DNA of 64,000 bases from an uncultured Gammaproteobacteria bacterium (lineage in GTDB: Bacteria; Patescibacteriota; Patescibacteriia; Magasanikbacterales; UBA922), in assembly GCA_964522435.1 (NCBI GenBank), contig CAZFUL010000001.1:188278-252277 (forward strand), read 5' to 3'. Below the pieces are notes generated by a model. It was not told the origin of the DNA and made no database searches. It saw nothing but the letters and a program-made list of their open reading frames with translations. The position numbers and the translations under genes are program-made. Positions within the stretch are counted from its first letter, which is position 1; every line of letters begins with the position of its first letter. Below are positions 49,616 through 58,702 of this stretch, piece by piece.

Positions 49616-50080
49616 TCATGGCGAATCAATCTCCCTATTTGAGTTGGGTAAAGAAAGCCTACCCGCATCTGTGCTGGGCAAGGAAAGAGTACCCTGGGGT
49701 GGGGCTGCAGCCTTTTTTTGAGAAGCACGCTTCTGCTGGGCGTTGTACCACAAGAGGAAATTGGTCCAGAGACCGTCCTTGAACACCTGGCGGTACTCCT
49801 GAGAGCAGGGAAGATGGATCAAATCTTTCATCTTCGGTTCGAAGATGAGGATTTGTTCCATCCAGTAGCGGCGTGCGCGGTTGTGCTTGCGGTGCCCGCG
49901 AATGATGAGCACCTCGAGGATGATGCCGACAATCGCGGCAATCATCCAGTTTGTGCTACCATCGCGAAAGGCAGCGTAGATGCTCCAGCCGATAAATGGC
50001 ACGCAGAAGGTTGACCACTCTACCCCTTCGGCGGGCTGCAGTTCTGCTGGCCCATAATACGGCGGTGGACGACCTGGCAT
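49616..50080 (-). CDS. Orphan 154-aa GC-rich two-TM protein (cassette I)
   Basis: AAGGAGGT SD; TTGACA at 50145..50150 with a weak -10; followed by an ATGA-coupled 22-aa ORF at 49551..49619. Confidence 0.7.
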   Translation of the reverse strand: MPGRPPPYYGPAELQPAEGVEWSTFCVPFIGWSIYAAFRDGSTNWMIAAIVGIILEVLIIRGHRKHNRARRYWMEQILIFEPKMKDLIHLPCSQEYRQVFKDGLWTNFLLWYNAQQKRASQKKAAAPPQGTLSLPSTDAGRLSLPNSNREIDSP

Positions 50081-50195
50081 AGGACACCTCCTTGTTTATC
50101 TCCCATTGTGAGAGCAGCTCTATATGCCCACACATTCCCTGATTTGTCAAGGAGCAAGGGGTCTTGTATACTCCTGGTATTCATATGTATTGTAT

Positions 50196-52271
50196 ATGCC
50201 CTTATTTCAGTTACAATCAGACTATAAACCAGCAGGAGACCAGCCAACGGCTATTGCCAGCTTAGTTTCTGGTATTCAACAAGGATTTCAGGATCAAACC
50301 CTGTTAGGGGTAACTGGTTCTGGAAAAACCTTTACTGTTGCCAATGTGATTCAGCAAGTACAATTACCCACGCTTGTTTTGGCGCATAATAAAACCTTGG
50401 CCGCGCAGCTCTGTAATGAATTTCGTGAATTTTTTCCCAACAATGCGGTGGAATATTTTGTGAGTTATTATGATTATTATCAGCCAGAAGCCTATTTACC
50501 AAGCTCAGACACCTATATAGAAAAAGAAGCGCAAATTAACGAAGAAATTGATCGTTTGCGTCATGCCTGTACTCAGGCGCTCATTACGCGTAAAGACGTT
50601 ATTATTGTTGCTTCTGTTTCTGCTATTTACGGGTTAGGCTCGCCAAAAGAATATGAAAAAATTGTTTTGCATTTAGAAAAAGGGCAAGCAATGGATAGAC
50701 GAGCGATGATGGCGCAATTAATTGCGATGCAATTTTCACGTACCACCAGTGATTTACACCGGGGGACATTTCGTATGCGAGGACAAGTGTTTGAAATTAT
50801 GCCGGTAAATGAAGAACGCATTTATCGTTTTGATATTACTGACAGAATCGAACATATTCAGGCAATTGATCCTGTGACACGACAAATTATTTCTGCAGCA
50901 GAGGATTTACCAGATGTATGGTTTTTTCCGGCAAAACATTATGTTGCCAGCAGTGAGGCAAGAGAACAAGCCTATAGCTTAATTGATCAAGAATTAAAAA
51001 ACCAATTAGCAGCATTTAAAAAAGCTGGTAACGTGGTAGAGTTTGAACGATTGAAACGACGGGTGCGCCATGATATGGAATTGATTAAAGAGTTAGGCTA
51101 TTGTAATGGGATTGAAAATTACTCTCGCCATTTTGAAGGACGCAATGAAGGAGAACCACCGTTTACCTTATTAGATTATTTTTACCATGCCAATGAGCGG
51201 TTTTTAACGGTGATTGATGAATCTCATGTAACCATTCCGCAAATTCGTGGCATGTATTTTGGTGATAAAGCGCGCAAAGATAATTTAGTGGCGCATGGAT
51301 TTCGTTTGCCGAGTGCGCGAGATAATCGGCCACTGATGTTTGATGAATTTGATGCACGCCGAGACTATGTTGTGTATGTATCGGCAACGCCTGCTGCCTA
51401 CGAGTTAGAAAAAAGTCAGCAAATAGCCGAGCAAATTGTTCGTCCTACCGGATTAATTGATCCCAAAGTAACGATTTGTCCGGTGACACAAACAGAGAAC
51501 ACCCTGTCACAAGTAGAAGATGTGATTATTCGTATTCAAGAAAGAATAACAAAAAAAGAGCGAGTGCTGGTAACCACCTTAACAAAAAAAATGGCAGAAG
51601 ATTTAACCGAATTTTTAACAGAAAAAAAGATTGCCGTAAAGTATTTGCATAGTGATATTGATACCATTGAACGGGTACAAATTATTACGGATTTACGAAA
51701 AGGGGAGATTGATGTGATTGTTGGGGTAAACTTGCTGCGGGAAGGGTTAGATATTCCAGAAGTGTCGTTGGTAGCAATTTTGGACGCGGATAAAGAAGGC
51801 TTTTTACGCAGTGACACGAGTTTGATTCAAACCATTGGTCGTGCTGCCCGTAATGTAAATGGAGAAGTGGTATTATATGCCGATACGATCACTGGTTCTA
51901 TTGAGCGTGCGTTAGAAGAAACGGATCGTCGTCGTGAAAAGCAAATAGCCTATAATACGAAGCATGGAATTACGCCACAAACCATTCAAAAAGCCATTCG
52001 TAATATATTAGAAGAATTTGGCATTGATTCAAATAAGGCAAGTGCTAAACGCACAAAAGGAAAAGATAAAAAATATTCAACGCTTGAATTAGATTTACTT
52101 GGCGATGCGCGGCCGATGAAGGAAATTATTAAAGAAAAACAACTCAGCATGAAAGAAGCCGCAAAAAATTTAGAATTTGAATTGGCTGCGATTTTACGCG
52201 ATGAAATTCGGGAGTTAACAGCAAGAGAAAAAGTTGCGGAAAAACCAAAGAAAACAAAAAAAAGCATCTAA
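50196..52271 (+). CDS. uvrB: Excinuclease ABC subunit B
   Basis: GVTGSGKT, HNKTLAAQL, YYDYYQPEAY, DESH, QTIGRAARN. Confidence 0.98.
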   Translation: MPLFQLQSDYKPAGDQPTAIASLVSGIQQGFQDQTLLGVTGSGKTFTVANVIQQVQLPTLVLAHNKTLAAQLCNEFREFFPNNAVEYFVSYYDYYQPEAYLPSSDTYIEKEAQINEEIDRLRHACTQALITRKDVIIVASVSAIYGLGSPKEYEKIVLHLEKGQAMDRRAMMAQLIAMQFSRTTSDLHRGTFRMRGQVFEIMPVNEERIYRFDITDRIEHIQAIDPVTRQIISAAEDLPDVWFFPAKHYVASSEAREQAYSLIDQELKNQLAAFKKAGNVVEFERLKRRVRHDMELIKELGYCNGIENYSRHFEGRNEGEPPFTLLDYFYHANERFLTVIDESHVTIPQIRGMYFGDKARKDNLVAHGFRLPSARDNRPLMFDEFDARRDYVVYVSATPAAYELEKSQQIAEQIVRPTGLIDPKVTICPVTQTENTLSQVEDVIIRIQERITKKERVLVTTLTKKMAEDLTEFLTEKKIAVKYLHSDIDTIERVQIITDLRKGEIDVIVGVNLLREGLDIPEVSLVAILDADKEGFLRSDTSLIQTIGRAARNVNGEVVLYADTITGSIERALEETDRRREKQIAYNTKHGITPQTIQKAIRNILEEFGIDSNKASAKRTKGKDKKYSTLELDLLGDARPMKEIIKEKQLSMKEAAKNLEFELAAILRDEIRELTAREKVAEKPKKTKKSI

Positions 52272-52318
52272 TGCTTTTATTGGGAAGGCGGTGATATCTA
52301 CAGAGATACCACCACCGT

Positions 52319-52404
52319 CTCAGCATATAAGCACGAAAGCAACTCGCTTCGGGTGCCAACATGCACCCTGCGCTGCGACTGCTTTCTTTGCTTGTATGCT
52401 GTAG
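52319..52404. repeat. Palindromic intergenic repeat family B, copy 2
   Basis: Near-identical to 2111..2195. Confidence 0.9.
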
Positions 52405-52422
52405 GGGGATAGTAATAGTGTT

Positions 52423-53058
52423 ATGAATATAAAAAAAATACTACTTCTGTTGTCTGGAGCATCTCTTCTTTTGATGGGGGGGATATTTTTTATCTTGCAT
52501 GCATTTTCACAGAACCAGGAATATATTGTTGATACTGTTGAGGATATACAACCTGCACCGGTCGCCCTGGTATTTGGCGCTGGGTTAAAAAGAGATGGCA
52601 CACCAAGCGATGCCTTAAAAGATCGAGTCCTTACGGCGGTAGAATTGTATCAAGCAAAAAAAGTACAAAAACTCTTAATGAGTGGGGACAATAGTATACA
52701 ATCCTACGACGAAGTGACGGCTATGAAAGAATTGGCGATTGAATACGGTGTCCTTGCAGAAGATATCGTGTTAGATTATGCAGGTTTTGATACCTATGAT
52801 AGCTGTTATCGTGCAGAGGCTATCTTTGGGGTCACCAATACGATTGCTGTTTCTCAAGAATTTCATTTGCCAAGAATTTTATTTACTTGCGAACATCGTG
52901 GAATAACAACCCAAGGGCTTATTGCTGATAAACGGATCTATCGTGATACAACACGATTGAAGATACGAGAAAGACTTGCACAAATAAAAGCCTGGATAGA
53001 AGTGGTGATTACGCAGCCAGAGCCAAGATTTTTAGGAGAGAAAGAATACATCTTTTAA
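52423..53058 (+). CDS. SanA/YdcF (DUF218) family protein
   Basis: LVFGAG, MSGDN, DYAGFDTYDS, SQEFHLPR. Confidence 0.9.
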   Translation: MNIKKILLLLSGASLLLMGGIFFILHAFSQNQEYIVDTVEDIQPAPVALVFGAGLKRDGTPSDALKDRVLTAVELYQAKKVQKLLMSGDNSIQSYDEVTAMKELAIEYGVLAEDIVLDYAGFDTYDSCYRAEAIFGVTNTIAVSQEFHLPRILFTCEHRGITTQGLIADKRIYRDTTRLKIRERLAQIKAWIEVVITQPEPRFLGEKEYIF

Positions 53059-53099
53059 ATAAAAGACCACCTGGTATCAGGTGGCTTTTTTTGTCTGTG

Positions 53100-53540
53100 T
53101 TATTTTACCTCAACCATCACATCATTACTATAGATATCGCAGGTTTCTGTTTCTGTGTTAAATGAACAGAGTCGTACATGCATGTTGCCTTTAGGCAGGG
53201 CAATCCAAATATATTCACTGTTGCGGCTATCTACCTGCAGCCAATAATTTTTTCCATTAAATTCTGGGTTTGGTTGGCTGCTGCGAATGAGGCGAAATTT
53301 TTCTGTTTGTGGCATCGTTCCAGTAATTTCCCAAGAAAATCGAACTTCTTTATTTCCCTTTGCTTCTGCTTGTAAGGTGATAGTCGTGTTAGCCAGTTCT
53401 TCTTGCCTCATTTCTGTAGAAGATGATTCTGTTGCGGCAGATTTTTTTTCAAGTGTTTGTGCTGTATTAGGCATGTTGCAGCCAGCACCCATAAAAAGAA
53501 GGGTGGTGCAAAGCACAACACCAGAGGTAAAAGAAGACAT
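53100..53540 (-). CDS. Putative lipoprotein
   Basis: Lipobox-like LFMGAGC. Confidence 0.65.
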   Translation of the reverse strand: MSSFTSGVVLCTTLLFMGAGCNMPNTAQTLEKKSAATESSSTEMRQEELANTTITLQAEAKGNKEVRFSWEITGTMPQTEKFRLIRSSQPNPEFNGKNYWLQVDSRNSEYIWIALPKGNMHVRLCSFNTETETCDIYSNDVMVEVK

Positions 53541-53686
53541 ATGGAGGGATATTAAAAATGAGGATTTATTTTATTGTAGCGAAAGAGCTAAAAGAGCGCA
53601 AGAGAGGGGAGTAAATAAGGTAAGGTCGTATATTGATTTTCTGTCCTCTATTGGGTATACTGCAAAAATCTATTGAATAAGAGTCT

Positions 53687-56269
53687 ATGCAAGAAATTAT
53701 AAAAATTCGTGGAGCACGAGAGCATAATTTGAAAAATATTGATTTGGATTTGCCACGCAATAAAATGATTGTGTTTACTGGCTTATCTGGATCAGGAAAA
53801 TCGTCATTAGCCTTTGATACTATTTTTGCCGAAGGCCAGCGCCGCTATGTGGAAAGTTTGTCCGCCTACGCCAGGCAATTTTTGGGTGGGATGCAAAAAC
53901 CTGATGTCGACGAAATAGAAGGCTTATCGCCAGGTATTTCTATTGATCAAAAAGCGCACAGCGCCAACCCTCGTTCTACGGTAGCAACGATTACTGAAAT
54001 ATATGATTATTTTCGTGTTTTGTTTGCGCGCATTGGAAAACCGCATTGTCCGTTGTGTGGCACAAAAATAGAAAAAATGACCACGGATCAAATGCTTGAT
54101 CATGTATTACAAACAACCAAAGAACAACACAACGGTGAGTTAATGGTACTTGCTCCGGTAGTACGAGGACGAAAAGGGGAGTATTATCAAATGCTCTATG
54201 ATATGTACAATAGCGGTTTTGTGGAAGTGCGTGTAGACGGAGAAATGAAAAGTTTACGAGAAAAAATTGTGTTGTCAAAAAATAATAAACACACGATTGA
54301 TATTGTCATTGATAAAATTCCTCTCGCAACAATCACGACGAGTGATACGCAGCAACGTCTTGCAGAAGCCTTGGAAACGGCGGTAGATTTATCTAATGGC
54401 TTGGCTGCGGTGGTATTACCAAAACAAGAAGAACAACTGTATAGTACACAATATTCTTGTCCTGTAGACGGCTATAGTTTTCCAGAAATTGAACCCCGCT
54501 TGTTTAGTTTTAATAGTCCCTATGGCTATTGTCAGCGCTGTAGTGGTATTGGGACAACAGAATTATTTAATGAAGAGGTCTGTCCTGTTTGCCAAGGCAA
54601 ACGGTTAAACGAGAATGCGCTTAGTGTTAAAATTCATGGGAAAAATATTTGGGAAATTACGAGTAGCACCATAGAAGAAGCAAATGCTTTTTTTATTGAA
54701 ATGAAAAAAAATTTACAGGGGAGTGAAGAAGAGATTGCGGGACCAGCGCTTCGAGAAATTCAAAATCGTTTATCGTTTTTATATAATGTAGGTTTGCATT
54801 ATTTAACGCTTTCTCGGAAAGCCGGAACGCTTTCTGGGGGAGAAGCGCAACGTATTCGTTTGGCTTCCCAAGTTGGACAGCAATTGGTTGGGGCTATGTA
54901 TGTCCTAGATGAACCAACGATTGGGCTACATCAAAAAGATAATGATCAACTGGTAGCAACCTTACGCAATTTATGTGATGTGGGCAACACCATTATTGTC
55001 GTTGAACATGATGAAGATACCATTTTAACCAGTGATTGGTTGGTAGATATTGGTCCTGGTGCAGGAAAACATGGAGGAAATGTGGTGTATTCTGGACCAT
55101 TAAAAGAATTATTAGAAGGCAAAGAACCACCCAAACACGTGTTACAGTGTACTGTGTATGGAAAAGCAAAAGATTCGTTAACGGGTAAGTATTTGCGTGG
55201 AGAAGAAAGGATCGCTGTTCCCAAAGAGCGTCGTGCAGTAGACAGTCATACGCCAAAAATAAAAATAAAAGGGGCGACGCATCATAATTTAAAAAATATT
55301 ACGGTAGAAATTCCATTGCGTCGGTTTGTTGCGCTTACGGGAGTATCTGGGTCTGGAAAATCTACCCTCATGAATAAAATTTTATATCGTGCCGTATCAA
55401 ATAAAATAAATTATTTAGGCAAAGAACCGGATGAACTATCGAAAAAACCTGGTGAACACAAAGCGATTACAGGATTAGAATATATTGATAAAATTATTCG
55501 TATTGATCAAAAACCTATTGGAAGAACACCACGCAGTAACCCGGTGACCTATACCAAAGCCTACGATCATATTCGTGATTTGTTTGCCGAAACACCAGAA
55601 GCCAAATTACGCGGATACGGGAAAGGGCGTTTTAGTTTTAATCGTCCGGGTGGTCGCTGTGAAAACTGTGAAGGAAAGGGTACGTTGGAAATTGAAATGC
55701 ACTTTTTACCGAGTGTAGAAATTATTTGTGAGGTGTGCCGAGGGGCTCGCTTTAGTAATGAAACGTTGCAAGTGCATTATAAAGGCAAAAATATTAATGA
55801 TATATTAAACATGACGGTGGAAGAAGCCGAACAATTTTTTGTTGATCTTCCTTTAATTCATGATAAGTTACAGGTGTTAAACGAAGTAGGCTTAGATTAT
55901 TTAACCCTCGGTCAATCCGCGACCACCTTGTCTGGTGGAGAAGCGCAGCGTATTAAATTATCCAAAGAATTAGCAAAACGTAATACCACCAAAACCTTAT
56001 ATTTATTAGATGAACCAACCACCGGCTTGCATTATGATGATGTAAAAAAATTGATTCAAGTATTACAACAGCTGGTAACGCAAGGCAATACGGTAATGGT
56101 TATTGAACATAATTTAGAAGTGATTAAATGTGCCGATTGGCTCATAGACTTAGGGCCAGAAGGCGGGGATAAAGGGGGAGAGCTGGTTGCGGTTGGTACT
56201 CCAGAAGAAGTGGCACGCAAATCGACAACGAGTTATACAGGAAAATATTTGAAAAAATATTTGAAATAA
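53687..56269 (+). CDS. uvrA: Excinuclease ABC subunit A (shortened)
   Basis: GLSGSGKSS and GVSGSGKST Walker A motifs, two LSGGEAQRI signatures, Zn modules. Confidence 0.97.
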   Translation: MQEIIKIRGAREHNLKNIDLDLPRNKMIVFTGLSGSGKSSLAFDTIFAEGQRRYVESLSAYARQFLGGMQKPDVDEIEGLSPGISIDQKAHSANPRSTVATITEIYDYFRVLFARIGKPHCPLCGTKIEKMTTDQMLDHVLQTTKEQHNGELMVLAPVVRGRKGEYYQMLYDMYNSGFVEVRVDGEMKSLREKIVLSKNNKHTIDIVIDKIPLATITTSDTQQRLAEALETAVDLSNGLAAVVLPKQEEQLYSTQYSCPVDGYSFPEIEPRLFSFNSPYGYCQRCSGIGTTELFNEEVCPVCQGKRLNENALSVKIHGKNIWEITSSTIEEANAFFIEMKKNLQGSEEEIAGPALREIQNRLSFLYNVGLHYLTLSRKAGTLSGGEAQRIRLASQVGQQLVGAMYVLDEPTIGLHQKDNDQLVATLRNLCDVGNTIIVVEHDEDTILTSDWLVDIGPGAGKHGGNVVYSGPLKELLEGKEPPKHVLQCTVYGKAKDSLTGKYLRGEERIAVPKERRAVDSHTPKIKIKGATHHNLKNITVEIPLRRFVALTGVSGSGKSTLMNKILYRAVSNKINYLGKEPDELSKKPGEHKAITGLEYIDKIIRIDQKPIGRTPRSNPVTYTKAYDHIRDLFAETPEAKLRGYGKGRFSFNRPGGRCENCEGKGTLEIEMHFLPSVEIICEVCRGARFSNETLQVHYKGKNINDILNMTVEEAEQFFVDLPLIHDKLQVLNEVGLDYLTLGQSATTLSGGEAQRIKLSKELAKRNTTKTLYLLDEPTTGLHYDDVKKLIQVLQQLVTQGNTVMVIEHNLEVIKCADWLIDLGPEGGDKGGELVAVGTPEEVARKSTTSYTGKYLKKYLK

Positions 56270-56383
56270 AAAAACATCGTTGTTCGATGTGATTCCTTTC
56301 TTCACTGCACAGTGTTGCCCCGCGCTTCTGTGCAGTGATTTTTTTTCTCCAAAAAGTTGTTTTCTGTCCGTCCTTGTTTTTTC

Positions 56384-56767
56384 CTAGTCTTCTTCCTTTT
56401 CGTCATCCTTCAGCTGATTCAAACGGCGTTCGAGCCAAAGATGCGTGGAAAAAAGGACTGCGATTGCCACAGTGATTGTGGTAGTGACTGTCTTGGTGGA
56501 AACCCCGAGAATGTCTAAGAGCAGCCACCCACAGATCATACCAAGCATGATCGTGACTAGAAGGAGCATGAGCGGGAGCTGCATGCTTTTAAAGCTCTTT
56601 TGATCCATCACCCGGAAGACTACGCCAGCCACGACTATGGCCAAGATGGCCACCATGATTGCGTTTAGGTGAGCCCCCTTGTAGATGTGGATGGAAACCA
56701 TGACGCCTACCATCACGAACAACAGGGTCATCACCAGGGCGATTTGTACCAGTGTCTTTTCTTTCAT
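56384..56767 (-). CDS. Orphan 4-TM protein (cassette J, gene 2)
   Basis: Starts at MKEKTL, ATGA-coupled to the upstream gene; 3' hairpin at 56302..56338. Confidence 0.65.
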   Translation of the reverse strand: MKEKTLVQIALVMTLLFVMVGVMVSIHIYKGAHLNAIMVAILAIVVAGVVFRVMDQKSFKSMQLPLMLLLVTIMLGMICGWLLLDILGVSTKTVTTTITVAIAVLFSTHLWLERRLNQLKDDEKEED

Positions 56768-57150
56768 CGCGGATTGTTCCCTTTTTTGATTGTCAGTTTT
56801 CTGACGTGTGGATAGATCAGGTAGCAGACGAGAGCTGCAGCTGCAGCCTTCCATCCGATGTCATGCCACGGAATGCGTATCTGGATGAGGATCATGAGGT
56901 GTAACAGTGATCCTGTTAACGCCATGAGGACGATGAGGCAGAGGGCTGCCATCAGGTAGTAGTAGTGCCCGAACCGTTTGCGCGTGAGCCTTGGATTCTT
57001 TTGTGACAGAATCATGAAGGGCATCAGCAGCAAAAATAGTATTGCATAGCGCAGAAATGCTCCTGCGCTTCCGGGCGTATGGTCGTTGACCATGGCTTGG
57101 CTGGAAATTCCGATCGAAAGTCCACAGATTATCAAAAAGAATATAGGCAT
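56764..57150 (-). CDS. Orphan 4-TM protein (cassette J, gene 1)
   Basis: GAGGAG SD before MPIFFLII. Confidence 0.65.
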   Translation of the reverse strand: MPIFFLIICGLSIGISSQAMVNDHTPGSAGAFLRYAILFLLLMPFMILSQKNPRLTRKRFGHYYYLMAALCLIVLMALTGSLLHLMILIQIRIPWHDIGWKAAAAALVCYLIYPHVRKLTIKKGNNPR

Positions 57151-57197
57151 CAGACTCTCCTCAGGAGCAATGGGTGAAATAAAAAAGAACCAACCTT

Positions 57198-57226
57198 CGT
57201 ATATCATGGTTGGTTTTCTCTGTCAA
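57198..57226 (-). promoter_or_regulatory. Sigma70 promoter, cassette J
   Basis: TTGACA-17 nt-TATACG. Confidence 0.7.
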
Positions 57227-57239
57227 TTGTTTTATATAA

Positions 57240-58625
57240 TTATTGCCCGTAGCCCCGAAGAATAATATTAATGGTGCGAAGAATAATAGAAATATCAATT
57301 AAGAAAGACTTGTTTTTAATATAAAATAAATCGTATTGAAATTTTTCAAGCGAGCGTTCCATGGTATCGGTGTATTGTTGGTGAATCACTGCCCAGCCAG
57401 TAAGCCCCGGTGCGACAATATGCCGTAACGGATAGTAGGGCATATGTTCGGTAAGTTTTTCTACAATTTGGGGGCGCTCAGGACGGGGTCCAATAAGCGT
57501 CACATCCCCTTTAAACAAATTTATCCATTGTGGCAGCTCATCTAATCGCGTTTTTCGTAATAGTTTTCCGATTGCGGTTACCCTCGTATCATCTTTGGTC
57601 GCAAATTGGTAGCCATCTAACTCGGCACTCCCGTCTTTCGCAAGCGCATACATAGAACGAAATTTGTATAAGGTAAAGACATTCCCAGATTTACCCACCC
57701 GTGCTTGGGTAAAAAATATAGGCCCAGAAGAATTTATTTTAATCGCAACAGCAATAAAAGGAAATATCGCCACAAAAACAACAAAAAGAATAAGTGCGGC
57801 AATATAATCTATTACTCGACGCAATCGTGTATAGACTAATTGTTCTTTGTTTCTTAGATGTTCTAAAAACCAACTTTCAGAAAACGTGGTCGGAGAAATG
57901 CGTCCAGTAATTATTTCATAAAATGCGCCTAGGTGATGAATATGAACCGGCCAAAATAACAGTTCATACAATTCACGAACCGCGGTATCGTTATCTTTTA
58001 GGTGGTCACTTACTACCACGATATCAATATCTTTCGTATTAATAACCGCACGCATTTTATTAATATCTTTAAAACAGTCAATAGAGTCAGGTACATTTTC
58101 TGGGGGGTGTGGTTCAATAATTGCTACCGGCAGATAGCCATTTTGTGGGCGTTTTTGAAAGAGTGCAATAAGTTCGAGCACTTCTTTCGTGACGCCAACA
58201 AATAGCAGACGAGATTGTAAGTGTTTTCCTCGAATAAAGCGTTGGGCAAGGAAACGCCACAGCGCGCTTAATCCATAGCCAATAATAATGGTCAACACCA
58301 GAATAGTTTTTGGCGTAATCGTTTTATTTGGGTGAAGATAAAAAAAGATAATACTCACCAACAGGGCAATTCCTGCGGTCTCAAAAAAACGTCGAATAAA
58401 TTGCGTTTTGTTTTCATAGCTGCCTAAATCATAGAGGCCATTGATATAATTAACAATAAACCAGATGATAAAGGTACTGATAAATATTCCCAAAAGGGAG
58501 AGGAGGTAATCTGTATTGGGGAGTTCTGATCGTCGTATGGCAATCGCAATATAGAGACCGAGGGTGTAACTAAGCAAATCTCCAAAAAGCACAATACCTT
58601 GTTTGAGGCGATAACGTATTTTCAT
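57240..58625 (-). CDS. Polyprenyl glycosylphosphotransferase (WcaJ/WbaP-like priming sugar transferase)
   Basis: GPIFFTQARVG, KFRSM, RLDELPQ, GPRPE, PGLTGWA, DLFYI. Confidence 0.93.
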   Translation of the reverse strand: MKIRYRLKQGIVLFGDLLSYTLGLYIAIAIRRSELPNTDYLLSLLGIFISTFIIWFIVNYINGLYDLGSYENKTQFIRRFFETAGIALLVSIIFFYLHPNKTITPKTILVLTIIIGYGLSALWRFLAQRFIRGKHLQSRLLFVGVTKEVLELIALFQKRPQNGYLPVAIIEPHPPENVPDSIDCFKDINKMRAVINTKDIDIVVVSDHLKDNDTAVRELYELLFWPVHIHHLGAFYEIITGRISPTTFSESWFLEHLRNKEQLVYTRLRRVIDYIAALILFVVFVAIFPFIAVAIKINSSGPIFFTQARVGKSGNVFTLYKFRSMYALAKDGSAELDGYQFATKDDTRVTAIGKLLRKTRLDELPQWINLFKGDVTLIGPRPERPQIVEKLTEHMPYYPLRHIVAPGLTGWAVIHQQYTDTMERSLEKFQYDLFYIKNKSFLIDISIILRTINIILRGYGQ

Positions 58626-58702
58626 AAATTGCACAAGCACTGATTTTTCAGTATACTAACAATAATACATCAACATTCAATTATCTATAATGTAGCAACT
58701 TT

